Shown in pieces: positions 27,324 to 39,267 of a stretch of 64,000 nucleotides of DNA; position 1 is the stretch's first letter; each line of letters starts with the position of its first letter. Under the pieces are notes generated by a model. The model ran no database searches. It was not told the DNA's origin and saw only the letters and a list, made by a program, of their open reading frames with translations. A program made the position numbers and the translations under genes. Origin of the DNA: Actinomycetota bacterium (lineage in GTDB: Bacteria; Actinomycetota; UBA4738; HRBIN12); the NCBI GenBank assembly GCA_052388025.1, contig JBQTIP010000020.1, forward strand, positions 14,332 to 78,331, read 5' to 3'.

Positions 27324-28550
27324 TCAGTCGGTCTCTTGAGGCAGGAGCTTGCGGACGTCGACGTCGGGGTCCCGGAGGGCGGCTGGGTCCGGGCGAGCTC
27401 GGGCCTTGATCAGCGACATCGAGCGTCGCACGTCGCGCGGCCAGTTGAGACTCACCGTGGAGAGGACGACGCCGTCCTTCAGCAGGAAGGCCGCGAAGCT
27501 CCGTTCCTCGAGGCTTCCGCGGATCACCGTCTCGTCCCACTCCCTGGCGAACCCGGCCATCTGGAGGTTGGCGTCGTACTGATCGGACCAGAACCAGTGA
27601 GGGTCGTCGAAGACCTGGCCGCGACCGAGCATGTTGCGCGCGGCGACCTCTCCCATCTTGATCGCGTTGTCGTAGTGCTCGACCCGGATGCGGCCGAACA
27701 CCGGGTGATCGTGGCTGGCAACGTCGCCGGCCGCGAACACTCCGGGCACGCTCGTCTCGAGGCGCGCGTCCACTTCGATGCCCCGGTCGGCCGCGACCGC
27801 CAGGCCCTCGGCCGGCTCGGTCACCGGCTCGACACCGACGCCGACCACTGCGAAGTCGCACTCGATCTTGCGGCCCTCCTTCGTCACGACCGCTTCGACA
27901 CGGCCGTTCCCATCGAAGCGCTCCACGGTTTCTTTGAATATCATCTCGACGCCGTGATCGCGGTGCAGCCCCTCCAGGACCCGGCCGATCTCGGGGCCGA
28001 GAACTCGATAGAGCGGAGTCTCGAAGGGCTCGACGACCGTTACGTCCACGCCGAGATGGCGGAGCGAGGCCGCCACCTCGGCGCCGATGAAGCCCATGCC
28101 GGCGAGAACGACCCGTCCGCCGCGCGCGGCGGCCTCTCGGATGCGATCGGCATCCTGGGCAAAACGCAGGTCCAGCACTCCCGGAAGGTCCGCCCCGGAG
28201 ACAGAGAGGCGCCGGTTCCGGCTCCCGGTCGCGATGAGGGCCCTGTCGAACGCCACCAGCTCGTCGCCCTGCAGCACGACCGCGCGATCCACCACGTCGA
28301 TCCGCTCTGCCCGGGTTCCGAACCGCATCTCGATGCCGTGCTCCGCCCACCAGCCCTCCGGGCGAACGAAGCCTCTCTCCAGCGGCTGCTCGCCGCGCAG
28401 GTATTCCTTCGACAGAGGGGGCCGCTCGTAGGGCGGCAGCGGCTCCGCGCCGATCAGCACGAGGCGGCCCTCGAAGCCCTCCTCGCGAAGCGTCGCCGCC
28501 GCCGTCCCGCCGCAGAGGCTGGCGCCGACGATGGCGAACGTATCCCTCAT
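27324..28550 (-). CDS. FAD-dependent NAD(P)H:ferredoxin reductase (pyridine nucleotide-disulfide oxidoreductase family)
   Basis: FAD motif FAIVGASLCGGTAAATL, NAD motif VVLAGMGFIGAEVA, second FAD motif VFAAGDVA; 408 aa. Confidence 0.85.
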   Translation of the reverse strand: MRDTFAIVGASLCGGTAAATLREEGFEGRLVLIGAEPLPPYERPPLSKEYLRGEQPLERGFVRPEGWWAEHGIEMRFGTRAERIDVVDRAVVLQGDELVAFDRALIATGSRNRRLSVSGADLPGVLDLRFAQDADRIREAAARGGRVVLAGMGFIGAEVAASLRHLGVDVTVVEPFETPLYRVLGPEIGRVLEGLHRDHGVEMIFKETVERFDGNGRVEAVVTKEGRKIECDFAVVGVGVEPVTEPAEGLAVAADRGIEVDARLETSVPGVFAAGDVASHDHPVFGRIRVEHYDNAIKMGEVAARNMLGRGQVFDDPHWFWSDQYDANLQMAGFAREWDETVIRGSLEERSFAAFLLKDGVVLSTVSLNWPRDVRRSMSLIKARARPDPAALRDPDVDVRKLLPQETD

Positions 28551-28553
28551 CGG

Positions 28554-28865
28554 CTAGTCGACCGCGACCTGGAGGTCGACCCCCTCCTCACGGACTTCGT
28601 AGGTCGCGACCGGCTCGGTGGCCGGCCCGTTCACGACGGCGCCGGTAGTCACGTCGAACTGGCTTCCGTGGCAGGGACACTCCACCACACCGCCGTCGAG
28701 CTCCCCTTCGGCGAGCGAGCACTGCTGGTGGGTGCAGATGTCGTCGAACGCGTAGAGCGTGCCGCCGACGTTGGCGACGGCGACGGTAAGCTCGCCGACC
28801 GGATAGGAAGCGACGTCGCCGGAAGCGACGTCGCCGGCCTCCCCGACCCTCACGAAGTCTGCCAT
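28554..28865 (-). CDS. Rieske [2Fe-2S] ferredoxin
   Basis: CTHQQC ... CPCHGSQF (CxH-n-CxxH Rieske ligands); 103 aa; 3-nt gap to the downstream reductase. Confidence 0.8.
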   Translation of the reverse strand: MADFVRVGEAGDVASGDVASYPVGELTVAVANVGGTLYAFDDICTHQQCSLAEGELDGGVVECPCHGSQFDVTTGAVVNGPATEPVATYEVREEGVDLQVAVD

Positions 28866-29203
28866 CTCGATTCCTCCTCCCGTTCTTATCCGCAGATTCT
28901 CTACCAGAACGGGTCCGGCCCGTGCGGCTCAAGCATCGCGGCCGGCCTGACGATGCGATGCGTCGTGAAGCTCAACGCACGCCTCCGCGGGTGGGCGTTC
29001 TCTGCGCGCTGGCGGTCCTCGCCGGGGGCCGTCTGCGAGCGGGGGGGCGGGCGCAGCCCGACCTCTCGAACCCGCCCGGCGAAGGCGGCATCGAGCAGGC
29101 ATACGCCCACCTCACGCGGGAGCTGGAGAGCTGGGCCCAGGGTCACCCGGCCGAAGCCGCGATGGCGCTCGCTCAGTACGGGACGAAACGCCTCGGGTCC
29201 GAT

Positions 29204-30481
29204 TCACCTGCGAGGCTCGATCGGCGCCCTCGGACGGCTCTTCTCGAGGTAGGGACGCCCCAGGTACACGAGGCCGAGGACCACGTAGAACGCGGCGAGC
29301 GCAAGGATCCCGCCTCGGAAGTCGAGCGGGAGCATCGCGGGAAGGATCGCTCCGGCCACCCACGCCAGCTGGAAGATGACCTCGTAGCGAACGAACACCC
29401 GACCGTAGGCGCCGCCCGGCGCGTGGCGCTGCATGAGGCTCTGGAACGCGAGGCGGCCGAACTCGGTCGACACTCCGACGATCAGTCCGAAGGCCGCGAG
29501 CACGGGCAGGGAGAAGGCCTGGAACGCGAGCAGCGCCGCGACACCAGCCCCTACCACGCACCCGATCACGACTGCCTCCTCCCGAAGACGCGTCGGAAGT
29601 CGCGGCGCAACGATGTCCCCGAGCAGCCCACCGGCGGTCCCGGCCGCCGCGAGCACGCCGAACCAGTACGTCGGCTGCATGTCGCGCCGAAGCGCGAACG
29701 CGAGCAGGAACAGGAGGAACCCGCTGGCGGCCCGCAACCCTGCGGCCCCAACCGCCGGCTCGGCCAACGCCGGGACGCGACCGCGCCGGCCTACCTGCCC
29801 CTCCACCCCGGGCATCCGTGGATGCGGGAGACGTATGTTCATCAGCGTGCAGAGGCCGTAGATCGCCGCCGCCGCGTAAAGGACCGTCGTGGCCCCGCCG
29901 AGCTTCAGAAGCGCGATGCCCGGCCCCGCCACGAGGATCACCCCCGCGACGGCGAGCCGCCCCAGCCGAGCGTTCGAGCGCACGAGCCCCTCCTCCGGGC
30001 CCGAGTACGCCATCGTGAGCCCGTTCTTGGTGATCGCGTGCACGCGAGACAGCACGAGCAGCAAGAACGCGGCCGGAAAGAGCAGGAGCGTCGAGAACCG
30101 GGGCGCCGCGTATATCGTCACGGCGGCGCGGCCGGCCGCCGCCGCAACCGAGATGGCGCGCCGGGGTCCGGCGCGGTCGAGCAGAGGGACGAGGAACGGC
30201 CCGGCCACCGCGAGCGGCGCCATCGTGAGCCCCAGGTAGATCGCCACCTTCGACGCCGCCTGATCGACCGGGAGCGAGAAGAACACCGAGTCGGCGAGGG
30301 CGATCGCGACCAGCGCGTCGCCGGCCACGCTGCTCATATGGACGAGGCCGTACGTGTCGAGCGGCTCGTCGGAGGACCACATCCGGCGGACCGGCTGGAC
30401 GATGGCCTCGAGGAGCCCGACGAACCCCAGCAGGATGAGCTGCCACCAGGGGTACCGCCGGCGCCGGTCGTCCACCCTCAC
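29204..30481 (-). CDS. MFS transporter
   Basis: 425 aa, 12 TM pattern, hydrophobic glycine/alanine-rich helices. Confidence 0.7.
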   Translation of the reverse strand: MRVDDRRRRYPWWQLILLGFVGLLEAIVQPVRRMWSSDEPLDTYGLVHMSSVAGDALVAIALADSVFFSLPVDQAASKVAIYLGLTMAPLAVAGPFLVPLLDRAGPRRAISVAAAAGRAAVTIYAAPRFSTLLLFPAAFLLLVLSRVHAITKNGLTMAYSGPEEGLVRSNARLGRLAVAGVILVAGPGIALLKLGGATTVLYAAAAIYGLCTLMNIRLPHPRMPGVEGQVGRRGRVPALAEPAVGAAGLRAASGFLLFLLAFALRRDMQPTYWFGVLAAAGTAGGLLGDIVAPRLPTRLREEAVVIGCVVGAGVAALLAFQAFSLPVLAAFGLIVGVSTEFGRLAFQSLMQRHAPGGAYGRVFVRYEVIFQLAWVAGAILPAMLPLDFRGGILALAAFYVVLGLVYLGRPYLEKSRPRAPIEPRR

Positions 30482-30496
30482 GGCGATGCCCGCGCG

Positions 30497-31933
30497 CTAC
30501 CGCCCCGAAAGGCGCTCGCGGAGCAGGTCCCCGGCGACCTGCGGGTTCGCCGAGCGGCCGGTCTTCTTCATGACCTGGCCGACAAGGAAGCCGATCACGT
30601 TCTCCTTCCCCTTCCGGAACTGCTCGGCGGGGTCGGGGTTCTCCGCGATCACCTCGTCGACGATGGCGCCGATGGCGGACGCGTCGGACACCTGCCTGAG
30701 CCCGCGCTCTTCCACGATCGCCTCGACCTTCCGCCCAGTCTCTATCGCTGCGCTCAAGACCTCCTTGCCAACCAAGGCGGATACCACTCCTTCATTGAGG
30801 AGCCGGAGGACGTCCACGATGTGGTCGACCTGGCGACGAATCTCGGCTGGCCCTCTGGGCTCGTTGATGAGCCAGTTGGCGATCATGCGAGGACCTACCT
30901 TCAGCCTCTCGAATACCTCGTCGAAGGCTTCCGATAGGTCTCGCGAAGACGCCAGAATCCGAGCTTGGTCCGCGGGCAGTTCGTGGAGTTCCTCGTACCT
31001 ACGCCGGCGCCGATCGGGGAGCTCCGGGAGGTCGGCCTCGATCTGCTTCACCCATCCCGCGTCGGGCGCGAGCGGTGGGAGGTCCGGCTCCGGGAAGTAG
31101 CGGTAGTCGAACGCGTACTCCTTCGAGCGCAGCGGCGTCGTCTTGCCCGCGTCCTCGTCCCAGTGGCGCGTCTCCTGTACGAGCCGTTCGCCGGCGGCGA
31201 GGACCGCGCGTTGGCGCCCCTCCTCGTGCTTCAGGGCCCGTTCCAGCGAGCGGACCGAGTTGAGGTTCTTGATCTCCACCTTCACGCCGTACCCGTCGCT
31301 TCCCCGAGAGCGCGTCGAGATGTTCGCGTCGCAGCGGAGCGACCCCTCCTCCATGCGGACGTCGGAGACACCGAGCGCCTCGAGCGTCGCGCGGAGCTCA
31401 ATCAGGTAGGCGCGGGCCTCCCCGGCCGAGCGCATGTCGGGCTCGGACACGACCTCGACCAGGGGCACGCCCGCGCGGTTGTAGTCGACGAGCGCGTACT
31501 CCGCGTCGGCGATGCGTCCGGTCGTGCCGGCGTGGATCGTCTTGCCCGTGTCCTCCTCCATGTGCACGCGTGTGATCCCGATCCGCCGGGTCTCCCCCCC
31601 GACATCGATGTCCAGGTGGCCGCCGACACATACGGGCAGGTCGTATTGGGAGATCTGGAAGTTCTTGGGCATGTCCGGGTAGAAGTAGTTCTTCCGGTGG
31701 AACAGGGACTGCGGCGCGATCCTGCAGCCGAGCGCGAGCCCGATCCGCGCGATGTACTCGATGGCCTTCTCGTTCGGCACCGGGAGCGACCCGGGGTGGC
31801 CGAGGCACACCGGGCAGACGTTCGTGTTCGGCGGCGCGCCGAACACGTTCCGGCAGCCGCAGAACATCTTGGTCTCGGTGGAGAGCTCGACGTGGCACTC
31901 CAGCCCGATGATGGTCTCGAACTCATCGGCCAT
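30497..31933 (-). CDS. gatB: Asp-tRNA(Asn)/Glu-tRNA(Gln) amidotransferase subunit B
   Basis: Canonical GatB N-terminus ETIIGLECHVELSTETKMFCGC ... NVCPVCLGHPGSLP; 478 aa. Confidence 0.95.
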   Translation of the reverse strand: MADEFETIIGLECHVELSTETKMFCGCRNVFGAPPNTNVCPVCLGHPGSLPVPNEKAIEYIARIGLALGCRIAPQSLFHRKNYFYPDMPKNFQISQYDLPVCVGGHLDIDVGGETRRIGITRVHMEEDTGKTIHAGTTGRIADAEYALVDYNRAGVPLVEVVSEPDMRSAGEARAYLIELRATLEALGVSDVRMEEGSLRCDANISTRSRGSDGYGVKVEIKNLNSVRSLERALKHEEGRQRAVLAAGERLVQETRHWDEDAGKTTPLRSKEYAFDYRYFPEPDLPPLAPDAGWVKQIEADLPELPDRRRRRYEELHELPADQARILASSRDLSEAFDEVFERLKVGPRMIANWLINEPRGPAEIRRQVDHIVDVLRLLNEGVVSALVGKEVLSAAIETGRKVEAIVEERGLRQVSDASAIGAIVDEVIAENPDPAEQFRKGKENVIGFLVGQVMKKTGRSANPQVAGDLLRERLSGR

Positions 31934-31988
31934 GGCGGCCCTACCTTACCGAACGTGCCTCAGAGATCGGGGCCCCTATCATCACCGC

Positions 31989-32963
31989 ATGTCACGTGTC
32001 CGCCTGTCGACGCCCGCGCCGACCCAGGCCTCGCCCGCCCTCATCTGGGCCGGGCTCGGGACCGTTTACATCGTTTGGGGTACCACTTACCTCGCCATCC
32101 GAGTCGTGAACCAGACGCTCCCACCGCTCCTCACGGCCTCGGTGCGGTTCCTGATCTCGGGCGCGATCCTCTACGCCTGGTCGATCCGGCGCGGCGACCG
32201 CGCCGCCGACCGGCCGGGCCCCAGGCAGTGGCGGGCGGCACTCTTCACCGGCGGCCTCCTGCTACTCGGCGGGAACGGGGGCGTCGTGCTCGCCGAGCGA
32301 TCCATCCCCTCCGGGCTTCAGGCGCTGCTGTTCGCGCTCGTCCCCCTGTGGATGGCGCTGCTCGACCGAGTGTTCGGGAAGCGCCGGCTCAGGTGGACCG
32401 CGGTGTTGGGTCTGGCTGCGGGGTTCGGCGGCGCCGCGCTCCTTCTCGGGGGAGCGGTTCGGGGCCACATCGACCCCGTCGGGCTGGTCTTCGGAACAAG
32501 CGCGTCACTGTGTTGGGCTATCGGCTCCCTCTACTCGCGCCACGCGCCGCTGCCGTCGCGGCCGCTGGTCGGCACCGGCATGCAGATGCTCGCCGGAGGC
32601 GCGCTTATGGGGATCGCCGGCCTCGCGTTCGGTGAGCTGGACGGCATCCACCCCGAGCGGTTCTCGAGGGCATCGCTCCTCGGCTTCGCCTATCTGGTCG
32701 TCGTCGGGTCGTTCGTCGGATTCACGGCGTACCTGTGGCTGCTCCGGAACGCCCGGACGTCGCTGGTCTCGACCTACGCGTTCGTGAACCCGGTCGTGGC
32801 GGTGACGCTCGGTTGGCTGCTCCTCGGCGAAACGATCGGTACTCGAACGATCGTGGGTGGAGGGATCATCGTCGTGTCGGTTGCCCTCATCATCTCGGCC
32901 GGGGAGGTCGTGAGCCCGCCGGACGTCACCTCGGGAGCCGAGGTGCCCAAAGGATCAGGCTGA
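31989..32963 (+). CDS. EamA/DMT-family transporter
   Basis: Two EamA repeats, 10 predicted TM segments; ATG at 31989; sits between gatB and gatA on the opposite strand. Confidence 0.8.
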   Translation: MSRVRLSTPAPTQASPALIWAGLGTVYIVWGTTYLAIRVVNQTLPPLLTASVRFLISGAILYAWSIRRGDRAADRPGPRQWRAALFTGGLLLLGGNGGVVLAERSIPSGLQALLFALVPLWMALLDRVFGKRRLRWTAVLGLAAGFGGAALLLGGAVRGHIDPVGLVFGTSASLCWAIGSLYSRHAPLPSRPLVGTGMQMLAGGALMGIAGLAFGELDGIHPERFSRASLLGFAYLVVVGSFVGFTAYLWLLRNARTSLVSTYAFVNPVVAVTLGWLLLGETIGTRTIVGGGIIVVSVALIISAGEVVSPPDVTSGAEVPKGSG

Positions 32964-32973
32964 GGGCTCGGCC

Positions 32974-34449
32974 TCAGGCGGCGAGATCGTCCAGCAGTGG
33001 CGGCCGCGCCGTGAGCGCCAGCTCCTGTTCGAGCTCATGCGCGGCTCGCAGGATCGTCGGCTCGCCCAGGACCCTCCCCGTGAACTGGAGCCCCACGGGC
33101 AGCCCGGCGTCGTCCAGGCCGCACGGCACGGAGACGGCCGGCACCCCGGCGAGGTTCGCCGGGATCGTGAACACGTCCGATAGGTACATCGCGAGCGGAT
33201 CGTCCGCGCGTTCGCCGATCCGAAACGCGGTCGTCGGCGAGGTGGGCGACACCAGCACGTCGAAGCGCTCGAAGGCCCGCTCGTAGTCGCGGATGATGAG
33301 CGTCCGCACCTTCTGGGCTTGTCCGTAGTAGGCGTCGTAGTAGCCGGCGGAGAGCGCGTAGGTCCCGAGCATGATGCGGCGCTTGACCTCGGGCCCGAAG
33401 CCCTGCCCGCGCGTCCTCATCATCATCTCGACCGAGTCCTTCCCGTCGACCCTCAGGCCGTAACGGACACCGTCGTACTTGGCGAGGTTCGAAGACGCCT
33501 CGGAGGGCGCGATCAGGTAGTACGCGGAGAGCGCGTAGTCGGTGTGAGGCAGCGAGGCCTCCCCGATCTCGGCGCCGAGCCCTGCCAGCCGATCGACGGC
33601 GGCCTGGACGCTCGCCCGCACCCCGGTCTGCACGCCCTCGCCGAACGCCTCCTTCACGACGCCGACCCGTAGACCGGAGACGCCCTCCCCTATCCCTTCG
33701 GAGTAATCGCGCCGCGGCTCGTCGAGGCTCGTCGCGTCCATCGGGTCCTTTCTCGCGATGGCCGACAGCAGCAGCGCCGCGTCGCGGACGCTCCGGGTGA
33801 AGGTGCCCACCGTGTCGAGCGACGAGGCGAACGCGATCAGTCCGTACCGAGAGACGAGCCCGTACGTTGGCTTGAGCCCCACGACCCCACAGAGCGACGC
33901 AGGCTGGCGGACCGAGCCGCCGGTGTCGGTCCCCAGCGCCCAGACCGCTTCGCCGGAAGCCACGGACGCGGCCGAGCCGCCGGAGGAGCCGCCGGGGACG
34001 GCATCGAGGTCCCAGGGGTTGTGCACGGGTCCGAACGCCGAATTCTCGTTCGAGGAGCCCATCGCGAACTCGTCGCAGTTCGTCTTGCCGAGCAGGACCG
34101 ACCCGGACTCGGACAGGCGAGCCCACGGTGTGCAGTCGTACGGCGGCACGTATCGCTCGAGGATCCGTGACCCGCAAGTGGTCCGGATTCCACGAGTCGT
34201 CAGGACGTCCTTCAGGGCGACCGGAATGCCGGCAACCGGCGGGAGCGGCTCGCCGGCGCGCAGCCGTTCGTCGATCGAAGCCGCCTGCTGCCGCGCCGGG
34301 CCGTCGGTCCTCGTGAGGAACGCCTTCACACGGTCGTCGACGGCGTCGATCCGGGCCAGACACGACGCGGTCAGCTCGGCCGACGTGACCTCGCCGGCGC
34401 GCAGCGCTGCCGCGAGGTCGGTGGCGGTCCGGTCGCAGAGCTCGGGCAC
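32974..34449 (-). CDS. gatA: Asp-tRNA(Asn)/Glu-tRNA(Gln) amidotransferase subunit A
   Basis: Amidase signature [14 protein letters not shown] with Ser-cisSer-Lys triad context; 491 aa. Confidence 0.95.
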   Translation of the reverse strand: MPELCDRTATDLAAALRAGEVTSAELTASCLARIDAVDDRVKAFLTRTDGPARQQAASIDERLRAGEPLPPVAGIPVALKDVLTTRGIRTTCGSRILERYVPPYDCTPWARLSESGSVLLGKTNCDEFAMGSSNENSAFGPVHNPWDLDAVPGGSSGGSAASVASGEAVWALGTDTGGSVRQPASLCGVVGLKPTYGLVSRYGLIAFASSLDTVGTFTRSVRDAALLLSAIARKDPMDATSLDEPRRDYSEGIGEGVSGLRVGVVKEAFGEGVQTGVRASVQAAVDRLAGLGAEIGEASLPHTDYALSAYYLIAPSEASSNLAKYDGVRYGLRVDGKDSVEMMMRTRGQGFGPEVKRRIMLGTYALSAGYYDAYYGQAQKVRTLIIRDYERAFERFDVLVSPTSPTTAFRIGERADDPLAMYLSDVFTIPANLAGVPAVSVPCGLDDAGLPVGLQFTGRVLGEPTILRAAHELEQELALTARPPLLDDLAA

Positions 34450-34455
34450 CGGCGC

Positions 34456-34746
34456 CTACTCCTGCTCCACGACCCGAGGCACCTTGAAACGCCCGTCCTC
34501 CACCTGGGGGGCGCCCGCCATCGCCTCTTCGTGCGAGAGGGACGGCGCCGGCTCGTCCGGACGGAGGACATTCTGTCGCGGGATCGCGTAGGCGGTGGGA
34601 GGCACGTCCTCGGCCGCCACCTCGCCGACCTTGGCGGCGTGCTCGAGGATCAGTCCCAGCTGCTCGCGCAGGCGCTCCTTCTCCTCTTCCGTGAGCTCGA
34701 GGCGGGCGAGGCGGGCGAGGTGATCGATGTCGATCTCAACCGGCAC
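34456..34746 (-). CDS. gatC: Asp-tRNA(Asn)/Glu-tRNA(Gln) amidotransferase subunit C
   Basis: HLARLARLELTEEEKERLREQLGLILEHA is the GatC signature; 96 aa from GTG 34746; 6-nt gap to gatA. Confidence 0.85.
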   Translation of the reverse strand: MPVEIDIDHLARLARLELTEEEKERLREQLGLILEHAAKVGEVAAEDVPPTAYAIPRQNVLRPDEPAPSLSHEEAMAGAPQVEDGRFKVPRVVEQE

Positions 34747-34756
34747 GGCCGCAAGT

Positions 34757-35017
34757 CTACCGGCGGTAGAAGTCGCGCCGGTGCTTGATGCGACTGACCA
34801 GGACCCTTTGGCCCGCGTCGTCGATGCGAAAGATGATCCGGTAATCCCCCACCCGCTTTCGATACGCGTTCTCGCCCTCGAGCTTCTGGGACTGACTCCC
34901 TGGATCCTCTTGGAGCGCAAGCACGGCCGCTCTCACACTGGAACGATGCTCAGGTGGCACGCGCCGGTAGTCGCGTTCGCCTGCGGGGGTGGTTAGGACT
35001 CGTAGGCCAAGCGTCAC
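34757..35017 (-). CDS. Type II toxin, RelE/ParE family
   Basis: C-terminal YRKRVGDYRIIFRIDDAGQRVLVSRIKHRRDFY matches the RelE/StbE consensus; GTG start at 35017 placed 5 nt after the antitoxin stop. Confidence 0.75.
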   Translation of the reverse strand: MTLGLRVLTTPAGERDYRRVPPEHRSSVRAAVLALQEDPGSQSQKLEGENAYRKRVGDYRIIFRIDDAGQRVLVSRIKHRRDFYRR

Positions 35018-35022
35018 TCGAG

Positions 35023-35247
35023 CTATTCGAATGGGACAGCGCCCTCCCACGTCCCCTCGAGCGCGTCGAGTGAATCCTCCAAGAACTCCAGGCGATCGAT
35101 CAGCTGGTTATAGCGGTCGAGCTCCATGAGAACGGCCTTCCCCTCGCCGCGCTGGGTCACGATGATCTCACCCACCTCCGACAGGTCGTCCATGACCGAT
35201 GCAAGCTCGTCGCGGAGTTGCGCGACGCCGATCACCCTGAGCGCCAC
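35023..35247 (-). CDS. Type II antitoxin, Phd/YefM family
   Basis: 74 aa; ...QLRDELASVMDDLSEVGEIIVTQRGEGKAVLMELDRYNQLIDRLE matches the YefM/Phd fold; strong RBS AGGAGGtacaGTG. Confidence 0.75.
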   Translation of the reverse strand: MALRVIGVAQLRDELASVMDDLSEVGEIIVTQRGEGKAVLMELDRYNQLIDRLEFLEDSLDALEGTWEGAVPFE

Positions 35248-35360
35248 TGTACCTCCTAACGTACGTTCTGGGGTACTGTTAACGGTACCAGATCGGAGCC
35301 GATTGGGACACGCGCATGCCGCCTCGACCGCGTCGCCCGGGTCGACCGCCGGTGGTTCCA

Positions 35361-38068
<2,708 letters not shown>

Positions 38069-38083
38069 ACGAACCCCTCGCCG

Positions 38084-38203
38084 CTACGAGCCGCCGACGA
38101 GAGCATCGAGCTCCGCCCGGTTCTCGTTGTGGGTCCAGGCGTGCCGGATCCAGAACGCTTCGTGGCCCCGCAGGACCATCTCCACGTTGGGATGCTCCGC
38201 CAT
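38084..38203 (-). CDS. 39-aa mini-ORF, a deletion remnant of an NTF2-like paralog (N-terminus MAEHPNVE... fused to a C-terminus ...ELDALVGGS)
   Basis: N-terminal 17 aa and C-terminal about 20 aa align to the two ends of the 38800-39195 paralog, with about 90 internal residues missing; retains a strong SD AAGGAGAGGAGAG 8 nt upstream. Confidence 0.35.
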   Translation of the reverse strand: MAEHPNVEMVLRGHEAFWIRHAWTHNENRAELDALVGGS

Positions 38204-38381
38204 CGGCGCTCTCTCCTCTCCTTCGCGGGAGGAATCCTGGCCCGCGAGGCTCGATGATAACCGGGCCCTGTGACACACCCCTTGATCGACGACCACCGAT
38301 GTTCGGGAGCCCTTGTCGGTTGCGCGCCGCCGCCGCCTGCGACTACGCTCCGTGCGGCACACGACCCGGGGGGAGGCCCCG

Positions 38382-38774
38382 ATGGCACATCCGAACGAGG
38401 ACCGGTTCCGCGCGGGCTACGCCGCGTTCTCCACCGGTGACATGGACGCGCTCCGCAACGAGTACTTCACGGAGGACATCGTCTGGCACGCGCCGGGACG
38501 CAACACGCTTTCCGGCGACTTCAAGGGCGTGGACGAGGTGCTCGCCACCTTCGCGAAGACCTTCGAGCTCTCCGGAGGCACCTTCAGCGTGGAGATCCAC
38601 GACTGCCTGGCCAACGACGAGCACGGCGTCGTGCTTGGGGTGGCACGTGGCCGGCGCGAGGGGAAGACCCTCGAGGACAAGTACGCCCACGTCGTGCACT
38701 TCCGTGACGGGAGGGTATCCGAGTCCTGGGTCCACTCCGGGGACCAGTACGCGGACGACGAGTTCTGGTCCTAG
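38382..38774 (+). CDS. NTF2-like / SnoaL-like (ketosteroid-isomerase fold) protein
   Basis: 130 aa from ATG 38382 (RBS GGGAGG); N-terminus MAHPNEDRFRAGYAAFSTGDMDAL...VWHAPG is typical of SnoaL-like polyketide-cyclase / limonene-epoxide-hydrolase folds. Confidence 0.6.
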   Translation: MAHPNEDRFRAGYAAFSTGDMDALRNEYFTEDIVWHAPGRNTLSGDFKGVDEVLATFAKTFELSGGTFSVEIHDCLANDEHGVVLGVARGRREGKTLEDKYAHVVHFRDGRVSESWVHSGDQYADDEFWS

Positions 38775-38799
38775 CCGGGCAGCGCTTCCGCCGGGTCGA

Positions 38800-39195
38800 T
38801 CAGCCGCCGACGATCGCGTCGAACGCGGCCTGGTCCTGGTTGAAGGCCCAGACCTCGCTCAGCTTGCCGTCCCGCACGTGATAGACCTGCACCTGGTGGC
38901 CGTCGTACGTCCGGCCGTCGGGACCCGCGAGGTGGAACTCCACGAGCGCCGCTACGTGATCGTCGCTGCCGATGACGTCGTGGATGTCGAATGAGATCTG
39001 GATCCCGGCGTCGTGTAGCTTCCCCATCCGGGCCATCGTCTCGGCCTTGCCCTGGAAGTCCCCGCTGAACGGATTGCTCCCCGGCGCGTGCCAGACGACG
39101 TCGTCGGCGACGGTTGCCGCGAAGGCCTCCACGTCGCCCTTGATGAACGCCTCGAGGGCTCCACGCGCGGCTTCGACGTTAGGGTGCTGGACCAT
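38800..39195 (-). CDS. NTF2-like / SnoaL-like protein (convergent paralog)
   Basis: 131 aa; MVQHPNVEAARGALEAFIKGDVEAF...VVWHAPGSNPFSGDFQG is parallel to the 38382 gene (FSTGDMDAL / VWHAPGRNTLSGDFKG). Confidence 0.6.
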   Translation of the reverse strand: MVQHPNVEAARGALEAFIKGDVEAFAATVADDVVWHAPGSNPFSGDFQGKAETMARMGKLHDAGIQISFDIHDVIGSDDHVAALVEFHLAGPDGRTYDGHQVQVYHVRDGKLSEVWAFNQDQAAFDAIVGG

Positions 39196-39267
39196 CCCCT
39201 CTCCCCTTTCCAGTAGGAACAATCGCTCAGTCTTCCACGGGCGGGGCGATCGGAGCAAGCGCTCAGT

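Noticed and set aside
28866-29203. Possible gene in the 340-nt gap upstream of the Rieske ferredoxin (plus-strand ORF fragment with VLCALAVLAGG)
   Set aside because: It has no start/RBS consistent with a coding frame. The long over-extended ORF is in a GC-biased frame, and the region is more likely the promoter/leader of the ferredoxin operon.
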